Program-made: the position numbers and the translations under genes
Notes under the pieces: generated by a model
Databases searched by the model: none
What the model saw: only the letters and a program-made list of their open reading frames with translations
What the model was told of the DNA's origin: nothing
Assembly (NCBI RefSeq): GCF_009914755.1
Contig: NC_060925.1
Length of the DNA stretch: 64,000 nucleotides
Reading direction: 5' to 3' (one strand)
DNA from: the human T2T-CHM13v2.0 reference genome, Homo sapiens
Part shown: positions 40,400 through 56,972 of the stretch, one piece after another
Layout of the letters: every line of letters begins with the position of its first letter
How positions within the stretch are numbered: position 1 is the first letter of the stretch

Positions 40400-43330
40400 G
40401 GGAGCTTCTGGCTAAACATGGAGACTAGAACACATGCTTTTATCTGTTTCCTACCAAAAGTCCACTAAGATGATAGTATAGTATTTAAAAAACAAACGGA
40501 CTACAAAGACGAGACCAGGGAGGAAATTCAGCAGATAATAAATGTCTATAAAAATTTGGAAGCTGTGAAGCAGATGAGCAGAGATAATTTGGATCAAAGC
40601 CAGCAAGACGGAGGAAATCAAGATGAAGCGAGACTCTCTATACTTCAGATCTCTAGAAAGGTTCAGGAATTGAAGACACTATGTGCCTCAAAAGATAGAA
40701 GTACATATTGGGGCTGGAAAAAAGGCGATCAAAAGACTGAAAGAAGCAATGAGAGCCACCTATCCCTCCTCTTGCCTTGCCCAGGCTGACTTTTTACCCA
40801 CTCAGTCTTTTTTTCTTTCTTTTTTTTTTTTTTTTGGTCTAGCTTCTTTTTTTCATATTTAGCGGGACCAGGGATTTACTCCCTGGAGAAATGAACCATT
40901 CAGGCTCTTTGGGGAACATGGGGAGACTGGGTCCAACTGAGGATGGCTATTAGCCTCCCTACCGAAAACGGGGATCGTGTGAATACTTAGAACCCAAGTC
41001 CCGCCCACTCCCACCACCCCGCACCACCACACTCTGCTCCAGAATATCAGAAGCCAACCTTATATTCCTCAAAGATTCTTCAATAGGGAAATTGGCCAGC
41101 TCAAGAGAAATGTCTACGGATGCTGCTTTGGGAGATCTTTAACAAAACAGCCTGGTTCCCATCTGATCACCACTGTTAACTGTCACCAGACAATAAGCCC
41201 TTTATATGCACACAGAGCTTTGCATCAGCATTTTAGTGCCTTACCATGCTGATAATGCCTTCGTGTCTTAAAAATGGACAAAGATTAACAGACATTTGGA
41301 GAGTACCTAGAATGTGAAAGAAATCAAAACAGACCAGTAGATAAAAGAAACTTAGAGGGAGACAGTAATGAAAACAAGAAAACATTTAGAAATCTGTAAA
41401 TGTTATCCTTATAATAGGGTTAGATAATTGCATCCATGAATTTGAGAAGAAGAGACTCTAAAAAATAAACATTCAGAAAATAATGAAGAGTTCTCAGAAG
41501 TTAAAAATAAAATTAAAAAATTTTAAACTCAATAGGAAGTTTGGAAGATAAAATTGAGGAAATTTCCTAGAAAGTTGAATAAAAAATAAGTAGAAAAAGG
41601 AAAGATAAGACAACTAGAGAATCCAATAAAGAGAATCAGCCTTTAAATAATAGACATTCCAGAAAGAGAAAGAAAAGAAAATAGAGGAGAAGAAATTACT
41701 GAAGAAACAATACAAGAAAAATTTTACAAACCAGAAAGATAAGGGCCTCTGAAAAGTGTCTAATGAATGAAGAAAGAAAAACCCACACCAAGGCTCATAA
41801 TCATAAAATTTCAGTAAACTAAGGTTAAAGAAAAGATCCTAAAAGTTTCCAGAGGGGAAATTTAAAAAGATCAAATACAAACTTCTGAAGCTGATCGGGA
41901 ATCAGAATGGCAACAATCATCTCAACAACAAAGTGAAAGCCAGAAAATAATAGAACAAAGGCCTCAAAATTCTGGAGGAAAATCATTTTCAACATAGAAG
42001 TCTATGCCTATTCAAGCTGTCAGTGAAGTGTGAGGATAGAAGAAAGACATTTTCAGACATGCAAGGCCTCAAATACTCACTTGCAGGCAGTCTTTTTCAG
42101 GAAGCTACTAGAAAATGTGCTCCACCAAAATAAAAATGTTTTAAAAAAGAAGAAATCAAGAAAGAAGAAAACATGGGATCCAGGTAGTCGGGGATGAACA
42201 CACAGAAAGGAGGCAACTGAATTCCCACGGCATGGTCATAGGGATGTTGGGGACTGTAGCTTTGCAGGCCTAGGGAAAGGCCAATACAGATCTGAGCAAC
42301 ACACAGGGCTCAGGAACAACACACAGGAAGGAAGGAGAAAGAAAAGAGCAGGCGGGAGGAATAGACAGAATACTCAAGACAGGTCAGTGTATTGAGAGAT
42401 TTTTCAGTGCTGTCGGAGTCTGGGGATTAATCAGTAATAGCCACTGAGCAGTAAACTAAGCAAACAAAACATGGGATGATTTTCAACTCCCAAAAGGAAC
42501 AAAAATATGAATGAGAAAGGAAACATAAGTGAAGTACACCATGTGGTTCAGCAATCATGATAATGTGAACTCTGAAATTGGTTTAAAGGGTAATTTAACA
42601 GTGTTGAGAGGATGGTGCAGAGACAGGACTGACGGCGAGGTGTGTGAGAAAGCTAAATCTGCAAGTGTCATCACAAAAACTCAATAGTTAACACTTAAAA
42701 CAGAAAAAAAAGAAAGAACAATAAAAGCGTGTTTAAAAAAAATGTGGATGTAAGTACTAGATTAAACACTTAATAGAGTTGAAAGTGGATGTGATGGTTA
42801 GTTTTATGAAGCAACTTGGCTGGGCCACGGTGCCCAGCTACCTGGTCAAACATTATTCTGGATGATTTTGTGAGGGTGCTTTTAAAATGAGATTAACATT
42901 TAAATTGGTGAACTTTGAGTAAAGCAGACTGCCTTCCATAATGTGGGTGGGCCTCATCCAATCTCTTGAAAGTCTCAGAGAACAAAGACTGACTTCCCCT
43001 AAGCAAGAAGGAATTCTGCCAACAGGCAGCCTCTGGTTTCGAGGGGCAACACGGGCTCTTTCCTGGGTCTCCAGCCTGCCCACCTACCATACAGATTGTG
43101 GACTTGCCAGCCTCCATAATCACATTAGCCAATTCCTTAAAATAGATACCTCTCTCTCCCTTGCCTTCTGTATACACACACACACACCCACTTGGTTGTT
43201 TCTCCAAGGCACCAGGTAGAAGATTTCAGGGTTTTGTTATGAACCTGGTTATAGTTTTCGATCTTCTAGACTATGTGTATTTGTTACCTTGCAGGAAAAA
43301 GATTGAATTTAAAAGACAACAAAAAAGAAA
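40400..43330 (+). mobile_element. HAL1-like (ORF1-only) L1 derivative, near full length
   Basis: ORF1 remnants (PTPRLIIIKFQ*TKVKEKILK ~41782; KCEDRRKTFSDMQGLK ~42026), then ACATGGGATCCAGG-type 3' region and an A-rich tail with no ORF2. Confidence 0.7.
42790..43212 (+). mobile_element. MLT2D-like solo LTR inserted in HAL1
   Basis: TGTGATGGTTAGTTTTATGAAGCAACTTGGCTGGGCCACGGTGCCCAG...AGCCAATTCCTTAAAATA. Confidence 0.85.
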
Positions 43331-44449
43331 AAGATGATATGCTTTATAACCAAGTGGCCTTGGTTTAAATTCCATCCCTGCCTTTACTGGCTGTGACCCT
43401 CACATCTCTCTGAGCCTCAGTCTCCCCATGTGTCAGATGGGTCCTGGTGGGTCAGCAGGAGAGCTGAATAAACCGATGAATGTAGAATAAGGCTGGTGCA
43501 GAGTCGGTGCTGAATAACGGGTAAGTGTTTTCATGAGAAGATGCCTTTGCTTTCATCAGCTCTCCCTGGCAGGGGCTCAGTGTTACTTTGATTTCGTCAG
43601 GATTATTGTTCCAATAAAATACACTGGCAGAAAAACTCATTCTCCTGGAAAGGAGTATGTGCCCTTTTAATATTTTATCCCTGATGTGCTTTATATGACA
43701 AATACAGTTCAGCGTTGTAATTAAAACTCCTTCCAGTGAAGCCGCCTTAGTCCACGAAGGGAGGTCAATTCCACCCCGTCCTTCTGCATCGATCTGCTGT
43801 GCCGGCCGCTTGCGCTGGGCTGCTGCCGTGGGCTCAGTGATTTCCTGCCCATCACTTGCTGTGCACAAATGAAATCATTTCAAATGACCTAATGTGCACC
43901 TCTGCCACTCAGAAAACTGAATGAAGAGGCAAAGAAGCAGCATCATGAGAGGTGCTGAGAGAACTGGTGCTCGTCGTGGCTGCATTTCTTGGGTGACTGA
44001 GTCGAAGAAAATATGAGGTTAGAAGGGCAATTGCAACCAAGGGATGGTGTTGTGCTGCTGTCAGGAAAACCTGTCTGCATTCCCTGGAGATGATGTTTGG
44101 TTTGCTTGTGAAGTTATCGGATTCTACCTTAAGAGTGGTCTTAATCTGGGGCATGTACTTCAGAAAGGTCTGCAAACTCTCTGAAATTGTCTGACTTGAG
44201 TGTGCAGTTATCTGGGAAGCAGTCTGCGTCTTCATTAGATTTTTCAGAAGAACTTCTACCCTTTAAAATATGGAAAGGGCTGACAGCTTCTTGTCTGGGT
44301 TATCCTAGTATATAAGTATCTGGAGCTGAGATGTCAGTGCTTGGAATGGCCATGAGTTCTGGTCAATCCAATCTCCTAGAAGCCCAAGGCAGAAGGTGTC
44401 AGCCAGCCTCCTTTTGGTTTCTCTGGACTCCAACCACTCCATACTCTGT

Positions 44450-45010
44450 ACGCTGGCTGTTCAGAACCATTGCATTATATTTGTAATTTCCATACTGCAA
44501 AACATGTCCTCAGGCCTTTAAGCATTTGTATATCCTGTTTCCACTGTCTGGTGTTCCCTCTCATCCATTGTGGACTTGAGAAAAATCTACTTACCCTTCA
44601 ACACTCAGCCCAAGCTTCTCCTGTGCTGTGAACCCTCCTTGACCTCCACTCCAACCTCCATCTCCGCCAATAATCCCTGGCTGTTTTAACTCCATCCTTG
44701 TTTCTTTTCAGTTCCCAGGGCACCATGGCACACATCCTTTCATTAAAGCATCAAGCATATTGGTTGTTTTCTTTTCTGTCCTTTTCATTAAAATAAGAAG
44801 TCTGTAAGGGGAGATCTTTTTGTCTTTTTCATCTCTGAAAATCTCTGAAATCCTATGCATTTCTCACTCTAGCTACTCAGAACTACTTATGATTCGCCAA
44901 ATGCAATAAGCTCTCCATGCCTCCTTGCCCCTTTCTGTGCTGTTTGCCCTGAGCTGAACACTATACCTGGTACATAGAATGTGCTCAATTAAAGTGTTTG
45001 GAATGTTGGT
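44450..45010 (+). mobile_element. L2 3' fragments
   Basis: CCTTCAACACTCAGCCCAAG...CCTGGTACATAGAATGTGCTCAAT. Confidence 0.6.
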
Positions 45011-46871
45011 TGTTAAAAGGATGGTTTGTTTCCTGAACTGTACAAAACCCTCCTAATCTCATTTCCTTGTCGTCCTTCTCAAAAGTGTTCTGAATGAGAC
45101 ATGACTTTTCAAAAGACAGTACATTAATTCCTGAAGTACTCTCTGTTGTTCATGATGGGAGACAGGAAGAGGTAGAAGGATTATAGAGACAAACCTCTCC
45201 AGCCCTCTTGCGGCAGCAGAGAAAGCAAGAATGAAAACAGGAGAATTAGCCTCTCGGGGAAATGTCCTTTAAAAGAAACAGCAAAGCAAATCAGACCAGA
45301 TAGATTCCTGGATGTTTTGTTTTTTCCTGATGCAATTGGACAAAACAGCAGGTTTCTATCCTTGCTTCACTCACTGCACTGGGTCTTTATTTATTGCTGG
45401 CTTCCTGGGCATGTTTCTCTCTCCTCAAAAAAGAGATTTGCTGGAGGCTGGCTGCTTTCCCATTAAGGTCACCAGAGAGCAGTTGAACACTGGGAAATAG
45501 TAACTTCAGCAAAATGTCGGGGAAGATTTAGTGAAAATGAACTCCACATCGTGCCCCTCCGTAAGGAGCAGAGCTGGCCAAGACCACACGTGGTGTCGGG
45601 TGCTGGATCGCAAAGGCAAGGGCAGGCTGCACCAGTCCTGGAAGATCAAGTCCTCTGGTCAAGAAATAGGCTCCTGGGAGCCCCACCAAGTGAGAGAGGC
45701 CTGCGGCAGTGACAGTCCATCTTGTGACCATCCCTATAACCAGCTCCCCAGCAACAGCAGGAGCCCCAGCCATTTCTGTTTGCACCCCAGAAATTACTCA
45801 CAAAACCCAACTGTGATTTATTCAGTGATGGAACAGGAGCAATGGCAATTTGCAACGTGGAGCCTAATCTGAAATAGACTCAGCTCTGCATAAGCAATTC
45901 CTCTGAAATATACTTTCCCTTTGTCTGGAAAGCCAGACCTTCCACCTCAGAACCTTCCATTTTCAAAGGGACTTTTAAATCCTTACGCCGGGAATATCCA
46001 TGTGTCACAGAGGTCTTAGGCCACAGATAGACTAGACTACCCCTCTGGACAGTTCATCCCTAAGGTAGACATCCAGAAAAGGAATTTAAATTTAAAGGAC
46101 CAGGAGAAATCTAAGTTCCTGCTAAGGTGCCCAGAAATCAAGCTGGTAACCGAATTTTCCCGCCACATATATGGCTCCACATGGTACATCCAAATGCATA
46201 GATTCATATTAGATAAATCCAAGCCAATTCCCTCCTTCATATTTAGGAAGAAGTTGTGACACACAACTCACTGTCTCTTGGCCAGCCTATCACACAGCTC
46301 CCTGAGTGTTTCCCCAGCAGCAAGTAATTGACCAGGTAATTGATGCCTCTTCTTCCTGTGGGACTGAATGAGACTAGATGTGTGAGCTGGAGCAAGTCCC
46401 TCTCTGGACGTCATTTTCCTCCTCCACACAGTAAGTGGCACTTGTGGTTCCCAAGGGCACTTTCAACCCACTGACATTGTGAGTATTGCCTATCTGACTA
46501 GGAGAAAATTTAGGTTTCCAACAACTTTCTTCCTTCTAGGTTTTAATAAAATAATGACTTTATTGGTTTTATTAAAATGATACAAATAAATTCATATAAA
46601 TAGAAGAGTAACCAAAGCAAGTTTTAAAAAAAAAATTTTAAATATCATTATCTAGAAGTAACCACAATTAATATGAAACATCATTCTATATGTCTCCTTA
46701 TGCATATAACCAGATGCAAAGGTGGATAGATGGATAGAGCTAATTTTTAAAAAACTGGATAATAGTCTATATGTTATTTTTGGCAAATATATCAAATTTA
46801 ATATTATTTTGAGCTTAATATGAAAAAGAAATTGAAGTAAAACTGAAAATATTCTATCACAAGAAAGAGGT

Positions 46872-47805
46872 AGTGACAGACGTAGTGGCAAAATTTGTTC
46901 ACAAATTCATTACCACTCCTTCAACTGAGAGGTGGGCTCTATTTCTCCAGACCCTTGAATCTAGGCTGTGCCTGTCACTGCTTTACCCAATAGAATATAG
47001 TAGAAGTGACATGGTTTCAATTCTGCACCTAGGCTTCAAGAGAACTTGCAGCTTCCACTTCCTTCCTTCCTCGTGAAACCCAGCCACCATGCTGCAAGGA
47101 AGCCTGATATGGTTTGGATGTTTGTCCTCCTCAAATCTCATGTTGATATGTAATCCCCAATGTTGGAGGTGGGGCTAGGTGGGAGGTGTTTGGGTTGTGG
47201 AGGCAGATCCCTCATAAATGGGTTGGTGCTGTCCTTCAGATAGTGAGTTCTCAAGAGATCTGCTTGTTTAAAAGTATGTTGCACCTCCCCCGACTCTTGC
47301 TCTCACCCTCACCATGTGAGACACATGCTCCCCCTTTGCCTTCTGCCATGATTGTAAGCTTCCTGAGGCCCTCCCCAGAAGCAGATGCTGGCACCGCACT
47401 TCTTGTACTTCCTGCAGAACCATGAGCCAATGAAGCCTCTTTTCTTTATAAATTACCCAGCCTCAGGTATTTCTTCATAGCAGTGCAAAAAAAAACCTAA
47501 TACAAAGCAGCTACACAGAAATGCCAACAATGGGGGAGAATTGAGGCCCTGGTCAACAGTCACAACTGAATTCCCAAACAACAGCCATCATCAACTTTGC
47601 CAGCCATATGAGTAAGCCATCTTGGGAGTGACCCCTCTGGCCCCAGATGAACTACTCTAGTTGACACCAGGTATACTAGAGACAAACTATCCTTACCCCG
47701 AGCTCTGCGCAAATTGCCAAATTGTAATCAAATACGTGATTATCATTATTTTAAGCCACTAAGTGTTAGAATGGTTTGTTATGCAACAATAGATCATTTA
47801 AACAA
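46872..47805 (+). mobile_element. MLT1 (E/F-like) LTR interrupted by MSTB
   Basis: CCAATAGAATATAGTAGAAGTGAC...TTTTAAGCCACTAAGTGTTAGAATGGTTTGTTATGCAACAATAGA. Confidence 0.8.
47105..47504 (+). mobile_element. MSTB-like solo LTR
   Basis: TGATATGGTTTGGATGTTTGTCC...CCTAATACA; TSD AAGCC/AAGCA. Confidence 0.9.
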
Positions 47806-48220
47806 AATCTCTGTACAATTAAGAAAAAAGATGAAAAATTTAAGAGATGAAATTTCTCAATTACAGATTTCCCTCTTCAAAAGTTTCAATCGACCCTAGC
47901 TGAAAAAAAAAAGCACACTTTTATTTTTCCTATTATTGCTTTTCCTGTATGTTGTTACATTGACAAGTTTACATGTTTTGTAATCTTTATGTTATGTTCT
48001 GAAACAAAATCCCAGGGTTATTTAGTCTTCGTTTCATATTTAAATGGTAAAATATTTACCAGGAGATTTTTCACCACGTCTTGTTAATTCCTAATTTCTA
48101 TTACTTGGTTTCAACACTTGGTTAATAGCTTTTAATCTTAGATATTCTCCCAGCCAAAAAGAGTTTATGGGTGCTATTTTTCCTACATTAACTGATGTTT
48201 AAGAATATCTATCTGTTACC

Positions 48221-48505
48221 GGCCGGGTGCAGTGGCTCACGCCTGTAATCCCAGCACTTTGGGAGGCCGAGGCAGGCGGATCACGAGGTCAGGAGATCGA
48301 GACCATCCTGGCTAACACGGTGAAACCCCGTCTCTACAAAAAATACAAAAAAAAATTAGCCGGGCGTGGTGGAGGTCCCCTGTAGTCCCAGCTACTCAGG
48401 AGGCGGAGGCAGGAGAATGGTGTGAACCCGCAAGGCGGAGCTTGCAGTGAGCCGAGATCATGCCACTGCACTCCAGCCTGGGCAACAGAGTGACTCCGTC
48501 TCACC

Positions 48506-48533
<28 letters not shown>
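48221..48533 (+). mobile_element. AluY
   Basis: Diagnostic GAGATCGAGACCATCCTGGCTAACACGG and GGCGGAGCTTGCAG; long A tail; TSD core TCTGTTACC. Confidence 0.95.
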
Positions 48534-48536
<3 letters not shown>

Positions 48537-48584
48537 GTCTGTTACCTTTTTCCTTGGTTAATAACTTAGGTGAGTGTTTTGGTG

Positions 48585-48780
48585 TTTTTTTTTTTTTTTT
48601 AAAGACATGGTTTTGCTCTGTTGCCCAGGCTGGAAAGCAGTGACAACAGACTCACACCACAGACTCAACCTCCTGGGCTCAAGCAATTCTCCCACCTCCG
48701 CCTCCCAAGCAGCTGGGACCACAGATGCACACCACTGCACTTGGCTAATTTTGTTTAATTTCCCACCATGTTGCCCAGGT
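48585..48780 (-). mobile_element. AluJ/FRAM fragment
   Basis: CTCTGTTGCCCAGGCTGG...CTCCTGGGCTCAAGCAATTCTCCC. Confidence 0.85.
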
Positions 48781-49628
48781 TGACTGTAATATTCTTGAGT
48801 CACAATTTTCTTCAGTAATTGTTGCTTCTTTGTCATTAGTATTCTTATGTTGTTTAAAGAAGTCTGAGGCCAGCCTGATTTTCTTTCTTTTGAATTGATT
48901 TGCGTTTTCTACCTGGTTGCCTGACATTTGTTTGGTTTCCTTTATCTTTTGAATTCAGCAATGCAGTCAGGATAGATCTAAGGTAAATGTTATATTTACA
49001 TTACCTTCCCTGAAACATGGCAGCCTTTTCAGCTTTATTTATTCCTTTATTTCAGAAACTTTTTCTTCAGTTCCTATTCTAATATGATTTTGATCCATTT
49101 CTTGGGTTTTCTACTTTAGAGAAGCAAATTTACGCATTTACTGGTTCACTTTACTTTATTCTCCAAATCAAATATTGTTTCTCTAATTGTTTTGATCTCC
49201 TTGTCTTTTTTTTTTTTCATTTACTGTTATCTCAAGTCTTCCCTTTCTGTCAACTTTTCCCAGTTGGTACATGGAGATAGAATTAAATAATATTGAATCA
49301 CAATGTAAGAAAGTCACTGTCTTTTCACTCTCTCTCAGTTCTGTTTAAATAAAGGAAAAAGTCTCAATTTGGTGCTAGAATGTCTTCAACATCTTCCCAA
49401 ACTTATCTAATTCTCCTTTTTAACAAAAAGAGAGTAGGCCTTAAGGTTTAGTGCCTTTCACAGGCAATAATGTATAGCTAAAATTTAATAGCATTAATTT
49501 ATTTTCTCTAGAATGAAGAGGAGAAAAAATAATTTATTTTTATTATATTTAATTTTATTCTATTTTTGACAAGTCATATTGGTTTTCCACAAACTGCTGA
49601 TATAAAGTTTCCTTTTGAAATAAATTTC

Positions 49629-50120
49629 TTAGACTAAAAAAGCAAGCTGATTTAAAGAAAATGTTATGGAGGTGGAGCCAAGATGGCCAAATAGGAACAG
49701 CTCCAGTCTATAGCTCCCAGCATGAGCGACACAGAAGACGGGTGATTTCTGCATTTCCAACTGAGGTACCAGGTTCATCTCACTGGGGATTGTCAGGCAG
49801 TGGGTGCAGGACAGTGTGTGCAGTGCACTGAGCGTGAGCCAAAGCAGGGCAAGGCATCGCCTCACCCAGGAAGCGCAAGGGGTCAGGGAATTCCCTTTGC
49901 TAGTCAAAGAAAGGGGTGACAGACGGCACCTGGAAAGTCGGTTCACTCCCACCCTAATACTGCACTTTTCCAGTGGTCTTAGCAAATGACACACCAGGAG
50001 ATTATATCCTGCGCCTGGCTCGGAGGGTCCCATGTCCATAGAGCCTTGCTCACTGCTAGCACAGCAGTCTGAGATCAAACTGCAAGGTGGCAGCGAGGCT
50101 GGGGGAGGGGTGCCCACCAT
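49629..50120 (-). CDS. L1 ORF0 (antisense), open for 163 codons
   Basis: MVGTPPPASLPPCSLISDCCAS... matches the primate L1 ORF0 N-terminus; Kozak context GCAATGG; expression unknown. Confidence 0.5.
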   Translation of the reverse strand: MVGTPPPASLPPCSLISDCCASSEQGSMDMGPSEPGAGYNLLVCHLLRPLEKCSIRVGVNRLSRCRLSPLSLTSKGNSLTPCASWVRRCLALLWLTLSALHTLSCTHCLTIPSEMNLVPQLEMQKSPVFCVAHAGSYRLELFLFGHLGSTSITFSLNQLAFLV

Positions 50121-50694
50121 TGCCGAGGCTTGAGTAGGTAAACAAAGCAGCCTGAAAGCTCGAACTGGGTGGAGCCCACCTCAGCTCAAGGCGGCCTGCC
50201 TGCCTCTGTAGACTCCACCTCTGGGGGCAGGGCATAGCCAAACAAAAGGCAGCAGAAACCTCTGCAGACTTAAATGTCCCTGTCTGACAGCTTTGAAAGA
50301 GTAGTGGTTCTCCCAGCAAGCAGCCTGAGATCTGAGAACAGACAGACTGCCTCCTCAAGTGGGTTCCTGACCCCCGAGTAGCCTAACTGGGAGGCATCCC
50401 TCAGTAGGGGCAGACTGACACCTCACACGGCCGGGTACTCCTCTGAGATAAAACTTCCGGAGAAACGATCAGGCAGCAACATTTGCTGCTCACCAATATC
50501 CGCTGTTCTGCAACCTCCACTGCTGATACCCAGGCAAACAGGGTCTGGGGTGGACCTCCAGCAAACCCCAACAGACCTGCAGCTGAAGGTCCTGACTGTT
50601 AGAAGGAAAACCAACAAACAGAAAGGACATCCACACCAAAACCCCATCTGTACGTCACCATCATCAAAGACCAAAGGTAGATAAAACCACAAAG
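49668..50694 (+). promoter_or_regulatory. L1 5' UTR sense and antisense promoter region
   Basis: YY1 site CAAGATGGCC at 49679-49688; many CpGs decayed to TG/CA. Confidence 0.75.
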
Positions 50695-51708
50695 ATGGGG
50701 AAAAAACAGAGCAGAAAAACTGAAAACTCTAAAAATCAGAGTGCCTCTCCTCTTCCAAAGGAACGCAGCTCCTCACCAGCAATGGAACAAAGCTGGATGG
50801 AGAATGACTTTGACGAGTTGAGAGAAGGCTTCAGATGATCAAACTACTCCGAGCTAAAGGAGGAAGTTCAAACCCATAGCAAAGAAGTTAAAAACCTTGA
50901 AAAAAAATTAGACGAATGGCTAACTAGAATAACCAATGCAGAGAAGTCCTTAAAAGACCTGATGGAGCTGAAAACCAAGGCACGAGAACTATGTGATGAA
51001 TGCACAAGCCTCAGTAGCCAATTCAATCAACTGGAAGAAAGCATATCAGTGATGGAAGATCAAATGAATGAAATGAAGCAAGAAGAGAAGTTTAGAGAAA
51101 AAAGAATAAAAAGAAACAAATAAAACCTCCAAGAAATACGGGGCTACGTGAAAAGACCAAATCTACGTCTGATTGGTGTACCTGAAAGTGACGGGGAGAA
51201 TGGAACCAAGTTGGAAAACACTCTGCAGGATATTATCCAGCAGAACTTCCCCAATCTAGCAAGGCAGGCTAACCTTCAAATTCAGGAAATACAGAGAACG
51301 CCACAAAGATACTCCTCAAGAAGAGCAAATCCAAGACACATAATTGTCAGATTCACCAAAGTTGAAATGAAGGAAAAAATGTTAAGGGCAGCCAGAGAGA
51401 AAGGTCGGGTTACCCACAAAGGGAAGCCCATCAGACTAAAAGCTGATCTCTCGGCAGAAACTCTACAAGCCAGAAGAGAGTGGGGGCCAATATTCAACAT
51501 TCTTTAAGAAAAGAATTTTCAACCCAGAATTTCATATCCAGCCAAACTAAGCTTCATAAGTGAAGGAGAAATAAAATCCTTCGCAGACAAGCAAATGCTG
51601 AGAGATTTTGTCACCACCAGGCCTGCCCTAAAAGAGCTCCTGAAGGAAGCACTAAACATGGAAAGGAACAACCGGTACCAGCCACTGCAAAAACATGCCA
51701 AATTGTAA
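50695..51708 (+). pseudogene. L1 ORF1, disrupted
   Basis: ATGGGGAAAAAACAG start; premature stops at 50837, 51121 and 51505. Confidence 0.95.
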
Positions 51709-51771
51709 AGACCATCGAAGCTAGGAAGAAACTGCATCAACTAACGAGCAAAATAACCAGCTAACATCATA

Positions 51772-55578
<3,807 letters not shown>

Positions 55579-56972
55579 ACAATGAGAACACATGGACACA
55601 GGAAGGGGAACATCACACTCTGGGGACTGTTGTGGGGTGCGGGGAGGGGAGAGGGATAGCATTAGGAGATATACCTAATGCTAAATGATGAGTTAATGGG
55701 TGCAGCACACCAGCATGGCACATGTATACATATGTAACTAACCTGCACATTGTGCACATGTACCCTAAAACTTAAAGTATAATAATAATAAAAGAAAAAA
55801 AAAGAAAAAAAAAAAAGAAAATGTGGCACATATACACCATGGAATACTATGCAGCCATAAAAAATGATGACTTCATGTCCTTTGTAGAGACATGGATGAA
55901 GCTGGAAACCATCATTCTCAGCAAACTATCGCAAGGACAAAAAACCAAACACCACATGTTCTCACTCATAGGTGAGAATTGAACAATGAGGACACATGGA
56001 CACAGGTAGGGGAACATCACACACCGGGGCCTGTTGTGGGGTGCGGGGAGGGGAGAGGGATAGCATTAGGAGATATACCTAATGCTAAATGACGAGTTAA
56101 TGGGTGCAGCACACCAACATGGCACATGTATTCATATGTAACAAGCCTGCATGTTGTGCACATGTACCCTAAAACTTAAAGTATAATTTAAAAAAAGAAA
56201 ATGTTACATATATCATAGAACAAGTAACATTTAAATATGTCAAAAATTAAGTTTGTGATACATGAATCCATGGCCTTTAGGAAAAACTGTTCTTTATCTT
56301 GTTAAAGCATCTGGACTCTGGCCTCCTTTTTTGAGATTTTGTTTAAAATCTCTACCACACCTGCAGTCCACCCAGCTGGTGGATCTTATCACTGGTTGGG
56401 GGAATCCTAGAGCCTATACTTCCATGTCAACCCCAAATTACTCACTTCCCCAGTTCACTCTCTTATCTTCCCAAACATCTCTTTCCACCCCCTGCCAAGT
56501 GAGAAGACAAGAGGGGAAGGAGGTAAGGGTGTCTGTGTGGTCACCCTGTTGTTAATAGTTCACACATTAGGGAGAGGAATTTGGCCTTAGTTTCCCAGTG
56601 CCTCTTCTGTCTGGCTTCCTGATCCCCTGGGCATCTTGTCTTATTTATTTTATCTTTTGCCCTGAGTAATGTTAAGTTCCTGTTCCTTGCTGGGGAGAAC
56701 TAGCTGTCCGTGGTTATGATTGTCCTGACTTCTCTCTCCATTTTTCTCTCAGGCTGCAAAGATCACATGGCTAAACTTGGCAGTCGCTCTGCCTCCACTG
56801 AGTTCTGTTCTTCACTCCCTAAGTCGACTTTTGTCCAGAGGGAATTGTCTAATGAGAAAACTGAGTCAAAACATGTGAGAGATATCTAAAGCCTTTGATT
56901 TGGTGCCATTCCAAGGCAGGAGTGACTGATCCTGCTGCAGCTAGTCAGCTTCAGTGAATTCCTATGATTTTA

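Larger units (their letters stand above)
48100..49260 (-). mobile_element. Old L1/HAL1 ORF1 remnant carrying two Alus
   Basis: Minus-strand KKIRLASDF ORF1-like motif (~48860-48890). Confidence 0.55.

Noticed and set aside
55815-56193. Second L1 3' end as a 3' transduction or simple duplication
   Set aside because: The distal copy matches the body's subfamily and the junction is at the exact homologous position, so insertion of the inner copy fits better. Not formally excluded.
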